Below are positions 50,974-60,154 of a DNA stretch of 64,000 bases, in pieces. This DNA is from Bacteroidia bacterium. GTDB lineage: Bacteria > Bacteroidota > Bacteroidia > UBA8524. Made by a program: the position numbers and the translations under genes. The stretch's first letter is position 1, and the number at the start of each line of letters is the position of its first letter. Location of the stretch: the NCBI GenBank assembly GCA_965222995.1, contig OZ244977.1, positions 1,033,083 through 1,097,082 of the forward strand. The letters run 5' to 3'. Below the pieces are notes generated by a model that saw nothing but the letters and a program-made list of their open reading frames with translations, had not been told where the DNA came from and did not search any database.

Positions 50974-51807
50974 TTACTTACCAATTTCAATACGCTTAAA
51001 TGCTGTTACTGTAAGTCCTTGTTCAACTCCATCCAACATTTGGCGAATAGTTTTACTTCCGTCTTTCACAAACTCTTGGTTAAGTAAAGTAGACTCTTTG
51101 TAGAATTTATTTACCTTACCTGTAGCAATTTTTTCAAGCATAGCCTCTGGTTTACCTTCTGCACGGGCTTGCTCAACAGCGATATCAGTTTCACGTTTCA
51201 CTAAATCCTCTGCTACATCTTCTTTGTCTAATGCTATCGGGTTCATTGCTGCTATTTGCATAGTAACATCTTTACCTGCTTCTGCTATAGCGTCGTTTGA
51301 TTCTTTATTTAATGCTATTAAAACACCTAATTTATTATTAGCATGTATATAACTAACAACTGTATCACCTGTTAACTTAACATAGTTCGAAATTTCAATT
51401 TTCTCACCAATTTTACCAACCATGTCAGTGATATGCTCTTTTACCGGACGACCTTCTAAGTCAAGCTCTAAAAGTGCATCAAGGTTTTCAGGTAAATTTT
51501 CAAGTGCTAATGCAGCAAATTTGTTTGCAGTAGCAACAAAGTCATCATTTTTAGCAACAAAATCAGTTTCGCAGTTCAATGCTACTAAAACACCTGTTTT
51601 ATTGTCAGATGTTAAAGCTGTAGCAATAGCACCCTCAGCAGCATCACGCCCAGCACGGCTTGCAGATACTTTTTGTCCTTTTTTACGTAAAATATCAACT
51701 GCAGCATCAAAATCTCCATTAGCTTCAGTTAATGCTTTTTTACAGTCCATCATTCCTGCACCGGTCATTTGGCGCAGTTTATTTACTTCAGCAGCAGTAA
51801 TTGCCAT
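50974..51807 (-). CDS. tsf: elongation factor Ts
   Basis: N-terminus ITAAEVNKLRQMTGAGMMDCKKAL (UBA-like) and EF-Ts core. 277 aa. Confidence 0.9.
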   Translation of the reverse strand: MAITAAEVNKLRQMTGAGMMDCKKALTEANGDFDAAVDILRKKGQKVSASRAGRDAAEGAIATALTSDNKTGVLVALNCETDFVAKNDDFVATANKFAALALENLPENLDALLELDLEGRPVKEHITDMVGKIGEKIEISNYVKLTGDTVVSYIHANNKLGVLIALNKESNDAIAEAGKDVTMQIAAMNPIALDKEDVAEDLVKRETDIAVEQARAEGKPEAMLEKIATGKVNKFYKESTLLNQEFVKDGSKTIRQMLDGVEQGLTVTAFKRIEIGK

Positions 51808-51882
51808 CTTGTATAAACTTTATTTTATGAATTAAATATTAAAGAATTAGTGCAAAGAAAATATTGTGATGTTACTACAATA

Positions 51883-52680
51883 TTATTCAGCAGAAGCTTC
51901 TGTTTCTTTTGAAACTTCTTCCGTTTTTGCTGTTTCTGTTTCAGCAGCTTTTTCTTCTTTTGCTTTTGCAGCTTCTGTTTCTTCTTTTTCGCGTTTGCGA
52001 ACTTGTAATCCTTCAGCTATTGCATCAGTAATAGTTTTTGTGATTATAGAAATAGATTTTGCTGCATCATCGTTAGCAGGTATTGGATAGTCTATATTAG
52101 TAGGGTCAGAGTTTGTATCAACAATACCGAAAATAGGAATATTTAAGCGTAAAGCTTCTGCAACAGCAATATGCTCACGTTTAACATCTACTATAAATAA
52201 AGCAGCAGGTAAACGGTTCATATCTTCAATTCCGCCTAATACATTTGTAAGCTTTGCTTTCTCTCTGTCCATCATCAAACGCTCTTTCTTAGAAATGGTA
52301 GTATATGTACCATCTTTAGAAAGTTTATCAAGACTTTGCATTTTTTTGATAGACTTACGTACAGTAGCAAAATTAGTCATCATTCCACCTAACCAACGTT
52401 CAACAGCATAAGGCATGTTTACTCTTTCAGCCTCGGTAGAGATAATTTCTTTTGCTTGCTTTTTAGTAGCTACAAATAAAATCTTACGTCCTGATTTTGC
52501 AATGTTTTTCATTGCAGCAGCAGCATCGTCAAGCTTAGATTTGGTTTTGTTTACATCTATTAAGTGGATACCGTTTTGCTCCATGAAAATGAAGGGAGCC
52601 ATACGTGGGTTCCACTTTTTAGTAAGGTGTCCGAAGTGTACACCTGCATCCAATAATTCTTGTATAGAGGGATTTGACAT
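51883..52680 (-). CDS. rpsB: 30S ribosomal protein S2
   Basis: ELLDAGVHFGH start and S2 core. 265 aa with an acidic/Lys-rich tail. Confidence 0.95.
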   Translation of the reverse strand: MSNPSIQELLDAGVHFGHLTKKWNPRMAPFIFMEQNGIHLIDVNKTKSKLDDAAAAMKNIAKSGRKILFVATKKQAKEIISTEAERVNMPYAVERWLGGMMTNFATVRKSIKKMQSLDKLSKDGTYTTISKKERLMMDREKAKLTNVLGGIEDMNRLPAALFIVDVKREHIAVAEALRLNIPIFGIVDTNSDPTNIDYPIPANDDAAKSISIITKTITDAIAEGLQVRKREKEETEAAKAKEEKAAETETAKTEEVSKETEASAE

Positions 52681-52695
52681 TGTTTCGTATATATA

Positions 52696-53082
52696 TTAAC
52701 GCTTGCTGAATTGGAATTTTTTCCTTGCTTTTTTCTGTCCCGGTTTTTTACGTTCAACCATACGTGAATCGCGAGTAAGCAAACCGTCTTTTTTCAATTT
52801 GGGTTTGTGCTCTTCATCAATATTGCAAAGGGCACGCGCAATACCTAAGCGTACTGCCTCAGCTTGCCCGCTGCTTCCACCACCTCTTACGGTAGCTTTC
52901 ACATCAAATTGTCCTAATGTTTCAGTAAGCTCGAACGGTAAATTCACTTGGTAGTGAAGGGTAGAAGCTAAGAAATAATCTTTAATATCTTTTTTGTTAA
53001 TGGTAATTTGCCCTTTGCCCGGTTCTAAATATACACGTGCAATAGCTGTTTTTCTTCTACCTACTTTATTAATAACACTCAT
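52696..53082 (-). CDS. rpsI: 30S ribosomal protein S9
   Basis: GRRKTAIARV start and C-terminal …KKPGQKKARKKFQFSKR. Confidence 0.95.
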   Translation of the reverse strand: MSVINKVGRRKTAIARVYLEPGKGQITINKKDIKDYFLASTLHYQVNLPFELTETLGQFDVKATVRGGGSSGQAEAVRLGIARALCNIDEEHKPKLKKDGLLTRDSRMVERKKPGQKKARKKFQFSKR

Positions 53083-53085
53083 GTA

Positions 53086-53529
53086 TTATAATTTAATTTC
53101 TTTTGGTTTTTGAGCCGAATGTGGGTGCTCGCTTCCGGCATATACAAATAAGTTACCGCTAATAGCTCTACCCAATCTGTTTTTTGGCAACATACGGCGT
53201 ACAGCTTTTTCTACTACAGCAGTAGGCTTTTTAGCGATTAAGTGTTTAGCACTTATAAATCTTTGCCCACCGGGATAACCTGTGTAACTTACATATTCTT
53301 TATCTTCCCATTTGTTACCGGTAAGTTTTATTTTATCGGCATTGATAATAATAACATTATCACCACAATCTACATGTGGAGTAAAATCAGGTTTATGCTT
53401 GCCACGAATGATTTTAGCCACTTCTGAAGCAAAACGCCCCAACACTTTATCTTCTGCATCAACTAATACCCAGTCTTTTTTTACTGTAGCACTATTAGCT
53501 GAAACCGTCTTGTAACTTAGCGTATTCAC
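53086..53529 (-). CDS. rplM: 50S ribosomal protein L13
   Basis: L13 pattern (…KKDWVLVDAEDKVLGRFASEVA…). 147 aa. Confidence 0.95.
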   Translation of the reverse strand: MNTLSYKTVSANSATVKKDWVLVDAEDKVLGRFASEVAKIIRGKHKPDFTPHVDCGDNVIIINADKIKLTGNKWEDKEYVSYTGYPGGQRFISAKHLIAKKPTAVVEKAVRRMLPKNRLGRAISGNLFVYAGSEHPHSAQKPKEIKL

Positions 53530-53774
53530 AGTTAAATAACTTTATTTTTAAAGGACGGCAAAGATAGGTAGATGTTTTTGATTTGCAAAGCCTGTTTTTG
53601 ATAATTTTTTAAGGCTTGAAATGAGGTTATTAAGTTATTAGTTATTGGGTTGATTATAAACTTCTACTACAAGGTTTTCAGCATCAAATAATGTAGCTAT
53701 GATAAAAGAGATGATACAGTATATCTTATTACTTATATAACTAACCTAATTCTTAGTAACCAATAACCAATATC

Positions 53775-55268
53775 TTACCTTAACTCTTGTCTGTTTTTCT
53801 TCCAACTGCTCACTCCTTTTTGTGGCATATCAGCATCAGTAGTTTGCGCCCCTTTTTTATCACTGTTGTATATATGCGCTGCAATGGCAGCTACTGTAGC
53901 ATTATCATCGGTATTAGGGTAAAGCTTATCAGGAGTGTAGTACTTATTTATAAAGTGTGTGTCAAAATCTCCTTCCACATAGGCAGGGTGTTGCAAAGCA
54001 AAAGCACCAAAGGGTAATGTTGTTGCTATACCTGAAATATGATAATCTTCAATAGCTCTAAGCATACGCACAATAGCTTCACTGCGGTTTTTGCCATAAG
54101 TTATCAGTTTAGACATCATGGGGTCATAATATATAGGTATCTCCATACCCTCTTCAAAACTATTGTCAACTCGTACTCCAACACCTTCGGGCAACTGGTA
54201 ACGCTCTAGTTTTCCAATATCAGGCAAAAAGTTATTGGCAGGGTCTTCTGCACATACACGAAGCTCTATGGCATGCCCTGTTATACTTAAATCATCCTGA
54301 GTGAAACTAAGCTTTTCACCCATAGCTACTTTTATTTGTTCTTTAACAAGGTCTAAACCTGTAATTAATTCGGTTACAGGATGTTCTACCTGCAAGCGGG
54401 TATTCATCTCAAGAAAGTAGAAATTGAGTTTTTCATCCACTAAAAACTCAACCGTACCTGCACTATAATAATTACAAGCTTTGGCAACATTTACAGCCGC
54501 CTGTCCCATTGCTTCACGAACTTCTGGTGTTAAACAACTACTAGGTGCTTCTTCTATTAGTTTTTGGTGGCGGCGTTGTATACTGCACTCACGTTCAAAC
54601 AAGTGCACCGTATTGCCGTGCTGGTCTCCTAATATTTGTATTTCTATATGTTTGGGCGAGCCTACAAATTTTTCAATAAATACACTGCCGTCTCCAAAGG
54701 ATGCTTGGGCTTCGCTAATAGCCATATTCATTTGTTGCTCTAGCTCACCCTCGTTCTCAACGGTACGCATACCTTTTCCACCCCCACCTGCTGATGCTTT
54801 TATTAAAACAGGATAGCCAATGTCTCCGGCTATTTTTTTAGCTTCGTTTACATCGCTAATGGCATAGTCAATACCCGGAACCATGGGTACACCGAATTTT
54901 TTTACAGCTTGCTTTGCTCCGATTTTACTACCCATTATTTCCATCGATTCGGCGGAAGGCCCAATAAATATTAAGCCTGCTTCTTTTACTTTACGGGTAA
55001 AATCTGCATTTTCTGAAAGGAATCCATAACCGGGATGTATAGCATCTACGCCTAAACGTTTTGCCTCTTCAATAATCTTGTCGCCCAAAAGGTAGGATTG
55101 TGCAGATGGTGGCGGACCTAGAAGTACAGCCTCATCAGCATAGCGTACATGCATAGCGTTTCTATCAGCCTCGCTATAAACAGCCACTGTTTTTATGCCC
55201 ATTTCATGTGCACTTTTCATCACACGTATAGCTATTTCTCCTCTGTTGGCAACAAGAATTTTTTTCAT
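53775..55268 (-). CDS. accC: biotin carboxylase (acetyl/acyl-CoA carboxylase subunit)
   Basis: KILVANRGEIAIRV start, ATP-grasp motifs and biotin-carboxylase C-domain. 497 aa, with a C-terminal extension of about 45 aa. Confidence 0.85.
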   Translation of the reverse strand: MKKILVANRGEIAIRVMKSAHEMGIKTVAVYSEADRNAMHVRYADEAVLLGPPPSAQSYLLGDKIIEEAKRLGVDAIHPGYGFLSENADFTRKVKEAGLIFIGPSAESMEIMGSKIGAKQAVKKFGVPMVPGIDYAISDVNEAKKIAGDIGYPVLIKASAGGGGKGMRTVENEGELEQQMNMAISEAQASFGDGSVFIEKFVGSPKHIEIQILGDQHGNTVHLFERECSIQRRHQKLIEEAPSSCLTPEVREAMGQAAVNVAKACNYYSAGTVEFLVDEKLNFYFLEMNTRLQVEHPVTELITGLDLVKEQIKVAMGEKLSFTQDDLSITGHAIELRVCAEDPANNFLPDIGKLERYQLPEGVGVRVDNSFEEGMEIPIYYDPMMSKLITYGKNRSEAIVRMLRAIEDYHISGIATTLPFGAFALQHPAYVEGDFDTHFINKYYTPDKLYPNTDDNATVAAIAAHIYNSDKKGAQTTDADMPQKGVSSWKKNRQELR

Positions 55269-55319
55269 TGAATTATAATTTAATAAGGTTAAGTCCTTTG
55301 TGGACTTTACTAAATAGCA

Positions 55320-55787
55320 TTATGCCTGTGCAGGCTCATTAAGCATAGGCAGGTTTACCCACTTTTCTTCGTGGTTACTTACTGAGTTTATACCCATTAT
55401 GCCTCCCCAAGAGCGTGCTACACTGCCTGCATACCCTTTCCAGCTTTTATATAAATCGTGAGCATAACTGGCTTTTATTTTGCCTAAAGCATGGTTTAGT
55501 TTAGCCAGTTCATCGCTTATAATAGGGTTACGTTCTTCGGCTGTTTTGGGTAGTGCATCAATAATAGAGTTAATGTCTCTTTCTATAGTTTTTTCAACCT
55601 CTTGGTAGTATGTCTGTAAATCTTGCTTTTCTGAAAATGTTTTCACGTTTACCAGTTCAACAGCTCTGTTTACCTCTTGCGGGTCAATATCATTATCAGC
55701 ACCTGCTATTAAAACTGCAATAAAAGCAGGGGTTTTCATAATTAGTTCTTTGTCTTCTTTGTTTAGAGGTTCAAGTTCGTAAATCAT
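55320..55787 (-). CDS. hypothetical protein (155 aa)
   Basis: ORF with coherent composition and no recognisable motif. It is not a BCCP (no AMKM). Confidence 0.45.
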   Translation of the reverse strand: MIYELEPLNKEDKELIMKTPAFIAVLIAGADNDIDPQEVNRAVELVNVKTFSEKQDLQTYYQEVEKTIERDINSIIDALPKTAEERNPIISDELAKLNHALGKIKASYAHDLYKSWKGYAGSVARSWGGIMGINSVSNHEEKWVNLPMLNEPAQA

Positions 55788-55884
55788 AAATTTTATAATT
55801 GGCGGTCAAAATTAAACAAAATCAGCAATCTAAACCTGTTATCCGATAAAAAGCATTGCTATAATTTACACTACTTTTGTACCA

Positions 55885-56544
55885 ATGAGCTTATTAGGCG
55901 AGGTAAAACATTTAATAGCTAAGGATATAAGACAGGAGTGGCGACAACGATACGCCCTTAATGGAATATTGCTGTATGTTATAGCTGCTGTATTTGTTAC
56001 CTATTTATCGGTTAAACTAACTGATAAGCCTACGTGGAACGCTGTTTTTTGGATAATAATATTATTTACCTCAGTAAGTAGTACTGCTAAAAGTTTTATT
56101 CAAGAGAGTAGGGGGCGATGGTTATACTATTACCAGTTGGCAAGTCCGCAAGCCATTATAGTATCAAAAACTATATATAATAGTATGTTGATGATTGTAA
56201 TGTGCTTGCTGTGTTTTGCGTTTTATACTTTACTAATGGGCAATATGGCTGATGATGCCATTTTGTTTCTTTTGGTAGCTATGCTGGGCAGTTTAGGCTT
56301 TTCAGCAGTATTATCAATGACTTCTGCTATTGCTTCAAAAGCAGGTAACAGTAATTTATTAATGCCAGTTTTGAGTATCCCTGCCATTATACCTTTATTA
56401 TTGGTTACAATTAAAGCATCAAAGGCTGCTATGGATGGTTTAAGCACTAATATTATTTTAAAAGACAGTTTGGTGCTTTTTGTTTTTTATTTGGCAATTG
56501 CAGCACTTGCTTATATACTGTTTAGTTTTTTATGGAAAGAATAG
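55885..56544 (+). CDS. CcmB-family (heme-exporter-like) ABC transporter permease
   Basis: Six-TM protein of 219 aa with a CcmB-like pattern. No ccmA or ccmC lies adjacent in this window. Confidence 0.55.
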   Translation: MSLLGEVKHLIAKDIRQEWRQRYALNGILLYVIAAVFVTYLSVKLTDKPTWNAVFWIIILFTSVSSTAKSFIQESRGRWLYYYQLASPQAIIVSKTIYNSMLMIVMCLLCFAFYTLLMGNMADDAILFLLVAMLGSLGFSAVLSMTSAIASKAGNSNLLMPVLSIPAIIPLLLVTIKASKAAMDGLSTNIILKDSLVLFVFYLAIAALAYILFSFLWKE

Positions 56545-56631
56545 CTTTAAATTGAGAATTGATAGTTAAGAATTGAAAGTAATTATCCCTAACCTTTGAG
56601 ACTAAATAACTAATAACCTACAACCTAGTTA

Positions 56632-57780
56632 CTAATTGCACTTTAACCTTTTTTTCCCTGCTTTAGCTTTTTGACTGATGCTATTTTTGTACTGCTTATT
56701 CGGAAATTTTGAGCTTTGTGTATAATAATTACAAGCGGTGGTTTTCAGCCCTATATCTTCATAAATATTACCTAGCATTAAACTACTGTTTGCAGCAAAG
56801 TACGTGGTACTTTTTTTCCCGTCTTCCATTACTTGTTTATATAAGTCTACTGCATCATCGGTATTGCCCATCTCGTGTAGTACTCTTGCTTTACGGTAAT
56901 TATATTCAAGTTTATGCTCTTTATCGGTATAACTTTCAATAGTTTTAGTACTAAGGGTTGCTAATGCCTTTTTTAAATAACCTCCATCGAAGTTTAAAGT
57001 AGTTGTTAGTAAAGTTTTATCAGGAGGAGTGGTTTGCTTGGCATATTTCATAGCCTTTTTGTCTTCTTCCACTTTCTCTTGCCCAAAACTACTTGCCATA
57101 GACTTGTATATTTTATATTTCTTATCGTTCCCTTCTAGGAAATAAAACCACGATAAGTGCATATAAGCCCCTTTTATAAAGTTTTTGCCTGTATGGAAGG
57201 ATACATAAACTTTGAAATACTTGTGGGCATCGGCATCGCCACGGTACATTTTTGCTTTGCCCAATAAATAATCTAAATAAAAAAACTTGTTATACTGTTT
57301 TCCACGCGGACGGTGTATTAATACCTTAATAGCTTCGTTTGTTTTTTTGCTGCGCAAGGCAATGTTTGCTCTTAGGTAACAGCTTAATAAGTTGGTTTTA
57401 TAGTCTGTAGTATTTTTTTGGACAAGTTCCCAAGCTTCTTGCGGTTTTTTTACTACAAACATTTGTAGATATACATATATAAATAGGGCTTCTTGTTTTA
57501 GCTGAGGGATATAGGTAAGCTTTGACGAGCTGTTTATTATTTGCTCTACTTTTTGCATACCTTGTTCAATATCACCGTCCATACCTACTATATTTACCAC
57601 CCATTGATAATTGCCGGGTACTGTTCCTACCAAAGTTTCAAGCATACCCATAGTTTTATTATTGGGCAAAAAATCAGGGTGTTTTTTTATGTTGTCTTCA
57701 AGCAGGTTGTAGGCTTCTTTTATTTCAGAGGCTGCTTTTAAATAGTTTCCAAACCTAATACGGTTGGTAGCCCAGTGCAT
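56632..57780 (-). CDS. hypothetical protein; ORF probably extends 5' to ~58140 (no canonical start found)
   Basis: The track ORF begins at the first ATG. The same frame stays open and protein-like for about 130 more codons upstream, ending in a signal-peptide-like KKPLQVLCRGFFVFIIIVLGLAKP. Confidence 0.5.
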   Translation of the reverse strand: MHWATNRIRFGNYLKAASEIKEAYNLLEDNIKKHPDFLPNNKTMGMLETLVGTVPGNYQWVVNIVGMDGDIEQGMQKVEQIINSSSKLTYIPQLKQEALFIYVYLQMFVVKKPQEAWELVQKNTTDYKTNLLSCYLRANIALRSKKTNEAIKVLIHRPRGKQYNKFFYLDYLLGKAKMYRGDADAHKYFKVYVSFHTGKNFIKGAYMHLSWFYFLEGNDKKYKIYKSMASSFGQEKVEEDKKAMKYAKQTTPPDKTLLTTTLNFDGGYLKKALATLSTKTIESYTDKEHKLEYNYRKARVLHEMGNTDDAVDLYKQVMEDGKKSTTYFAANSSLMLGNIYEDIGLKTTACNYYTQSSKFPNKQYKNSISQKAKAGKKRLKCN

Positions 57781-58100
57781 ATAAATTTCGGCTTTGCAGT
57801 AGTTATACCAGGGGGAGTTTTTGTCGTCCTTTTCTATTTTATTTATTCTTATTGATTTGTTTTTTACCAGCTTTTCATACTCAGCTTCATTTTCATTAAT
57901 AAGAATGGTGAAGAAATCAATATAGTCTTCGGCAAGGTATAGCAGTGTGTTGTTGGGCTCTGTTTTTTTAGCTTCCTCAATAATAGCCCTTCCGTTCTCA
58001 AGCCTTAGGCTTAAGATTTCATTTAATGCTTGCTGATACTTTTCAGAGTAGTGAAAGTTTCCCTCTACAGGTTTAGCTAAACCTAAAACTATTATGATAA

Positions 58101-58140
58101 AAACAAAAAAGCCTCTGCAAAGTACTTGCAGAGGCTTTTT
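58101..58140 (-). terminator. rho-independent terminator after zinc-ribbon gene
   Basis: Perfect 10-bp stem gcctctgcaa/agtac/ttgcagaggc with T-runs on both sides (A8 on plus 5', T5 on plus 3'). Confidence 0.65.
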
Positions 58141-58177
58141 ATATGTGTTTACTAAAGTAATTGTTGTAAGCTTTAAA

Positions 58178-58924
58178 TTATTCGGCAGCTACAGCTTCGT
58201 CAGCAAAGCTATGGTCTACTAAAATACGACCACAATGCTCGCATATAATAATACGTTTGTTTTGGCGAATATCTGACTGCATTTGCAACGGAATATTTCC
58301 AAAACAACCTGAGCATGAACTACGGATAACTGTAGCAACAGCTATACCGTTTTTTACTGATTTACGGATTCTATCGTAGGCAACTATTAAACGCTCTTCA
58401 ATTTTCTTTTCAGCTTTTTCGCGGGTTTTCAAAAGAGATTTTTCTTCTTTTTCAGTTTCTCCCACAATGTTTTCAAGCTCTTTCTTTTTATTATCCAAGT
58501 CTACTTTTCTGCCTTCAAGTTCAGTGGTTGAAGACTCAATTAACTCTTTTTTAAGCTCTATAGATTTTTTCCACTCGCCAATGCGTTTTTCAGCAGCTTG
58601 TATTTCAAGACCCTGTATCTCAATTTCTTTATTCAAGGCATCAAACTCACGGTTGTTTTTTACGTTGTTTAGTTGCCCTTCGTACTTTTTAATAAGTGCT
58701 TGTGAGTCTTTTATCTTCTCCTTATTCTCCTGAATATTGTTTTCAAACTCCTCAATCTCGTTATTAAATTTCTCTAAACGAGTTTCAAGCCCTGCAATAT
58801 CATCCTCCAAATCAGCAACTTCCATAGGTAATTCACCACGTATAGCGGTAATTTTATCTATTTCAGAATCTACTTTTTGAAGTTCGTAAAGTGCTCTTAG
58901 TTTTTCTTCAATGGTTACTTCCAT
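58178..58924 (-). CDS. coiled-coil C4 zinc-ribbon protein (COG1579/DUF164-like)
   Basis: Long heptad-repeat body and a C-terminal CSGC…CEHCGRIL zinc ribbon. This is the usual partner of Nif3. Confidence 0.7.
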   Translation of the reverse strand: MEVTIEEKLRALYELQKVDSEIDKITAIRGELPMEVADLEDDIAGLETRLEKFNNEIEEFENNIQENKEKIKDSQALIKKYEGQLNNVKNNREFDALNKEIEIQGLEIQAAEKRIGEWKKSIELKKELIESSTTELEGRKVDLDNKKKELENIVGETEKEEKSLLKTREKAEKKIEERLIVAYDRIRKSVKNGIAVATVIRSSCSGCFGNIPLQMQSDIRQNKRIIICEHCGRILVDHSFADEAVAAE

Positions 58925-60021
58925 TATTTATAATACTTTATGGGGTTGGTATTTACTTTTGTCAAAAGAACCGCAAAATTAGTGAATTTTTTTGTCAAAA
59001 TCTCACCTAATAATTCTATTGTAAATTGCTCGCTTTCAAAGTGCCCCACATCAGCTATCATAAGCCTGTTTTCCGCATCAAAAAATTGGTGGTACTTAAA
59101 ATCTCCTGTTACAAAAGCATCAGCATTTTGTCGTATTGCACCATTTAGCAAAAAACTCCCCGAGCCTCCGCAAACAGCTACTTTCTTAATTGGTTTGTTA
59201 AATGAGGTATAGCGTATGCCTTCAGCTTTTAAATTGTTTTTCAAGTGTGATAAAAATATGTCAGCTTCCATTGGTGAAGAGAGTTCCCCAATAATTCCTG
59301 CACCAATTTTAGGGTGTTGGTTTTTAATTGGGTAAATATCATAAGCCACTTCTTCATAGGGGTGGGCATTTAATAAAGCACTTACAACAGCATTTTGTAA
59401 GTGAGTAGGGAAGATGGTTTCAATCCTTACTTCATTCTCAGTGTGGCGTTTGTCATGTTCACCCACATAGGGTATAGCGTCTTTATTTGCCTTAAAAGTA
59501 CCTTCACCATCAATATTAAAACTGCACTCATTGTAGTTGCCAATAACCCCTGCTCCGGCGCTAAATATTGCATTGCGCACATTATCTGCTTCTTTTACAG
59601 GGCAAAAAGTAACAATTTTATAAAGGGTATCACTTTTTGGAGCAAGTATTTTGGTGTTTTCCAGTCCAAGCTTCCCAGCTATTTTTTGGTTTACACCATT
59701 GTGTAGCACATTATCTAAGTTAGTGTGGATGGCATAAATGGCAATATTGTTTTGTATGGCTTTAATTACCGTACGCTCTATATAATTATTACCGTTTAAG
59801 CGCTTCAACCCGCTAAAAACTATAGGGTGGTGTGATACTATTAAATTACACCCTCGTTCAATAGCTTCTTCAACAATAGCTTCAGTACAATCAAGGCTAA
59901 TGAGTACTTGGGTTACTTCAGTATTTTTATTGCCTACAGTAAGCCCGCTATTATCATAGTTTTCTTGTAAAGCCAAAGGGGCTATAGTTTCTAAGTAGTT
60001 GGTAATGTCTTTTATCTGCAC
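58924..60021 (-). CDS. Nif3-family dinuclear metal-centre protein (GTP cyclohydrolase 1 type 2 homolog)
   Basis: Nif3/YqfO N- and C-terminal halves with an inserted domain, and conserved His/Glu ligands (e.g. …IVSHHP…, …AIHTNLD…). 365 aa. Confidence 0.8.
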   Translation of the reverse strand: MQIKDITNYLETIAPLALQENYDNSGLTVGNKNTEVTQVLISLDCTEAIVEEAIERGCNLIVSHHPIVFSGLKRLNGNNYIERTVIKAIQNNIAIYAIHTNLDNVLHNGVNQKIAGKLGLENTKILAPKSDTLYKIVTFCPVKEADNVRNAIFSAGAGVIGNYNECSFNIDGEGTFKANKDAIPYVGEHDKRHTENEVRIETIFPTHLQNAVVSALLNAHPYEEVAYDIYPIKNQHPKIGAGIIGELSSPMEADIFLSHLKNNLKAEGIRYTSFNKPIKKVAVCGGSGSFLLNGAIRQNADAFVTGDFKYHQFFDAENRLMIADVGHFESEQFTIELLGEILTKKFTNFAVLLTKVNTNPIKYYK

Positions 60022-60154
60022 AAGGCAAAGTTATAAGTTTAAGTTTTTCTTTAACCAGTAAAATTTTTTGTCTAGCCATACTAATATTTGAACGGTAAAT
60101 AGTGCCCTAACTTTTTTAAAAAACAATACCTTTGCGCCTCGATAAAAAAGACTG

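Noticed and set aside
53626-53648. Read the GTTATT tandem repeats as a possible mini-CRISPR or REP element
   Set aside because: There are only 3 short units with no spacers of regular length. They are better explained as a regulatory leader repeat or AT-rich chance.
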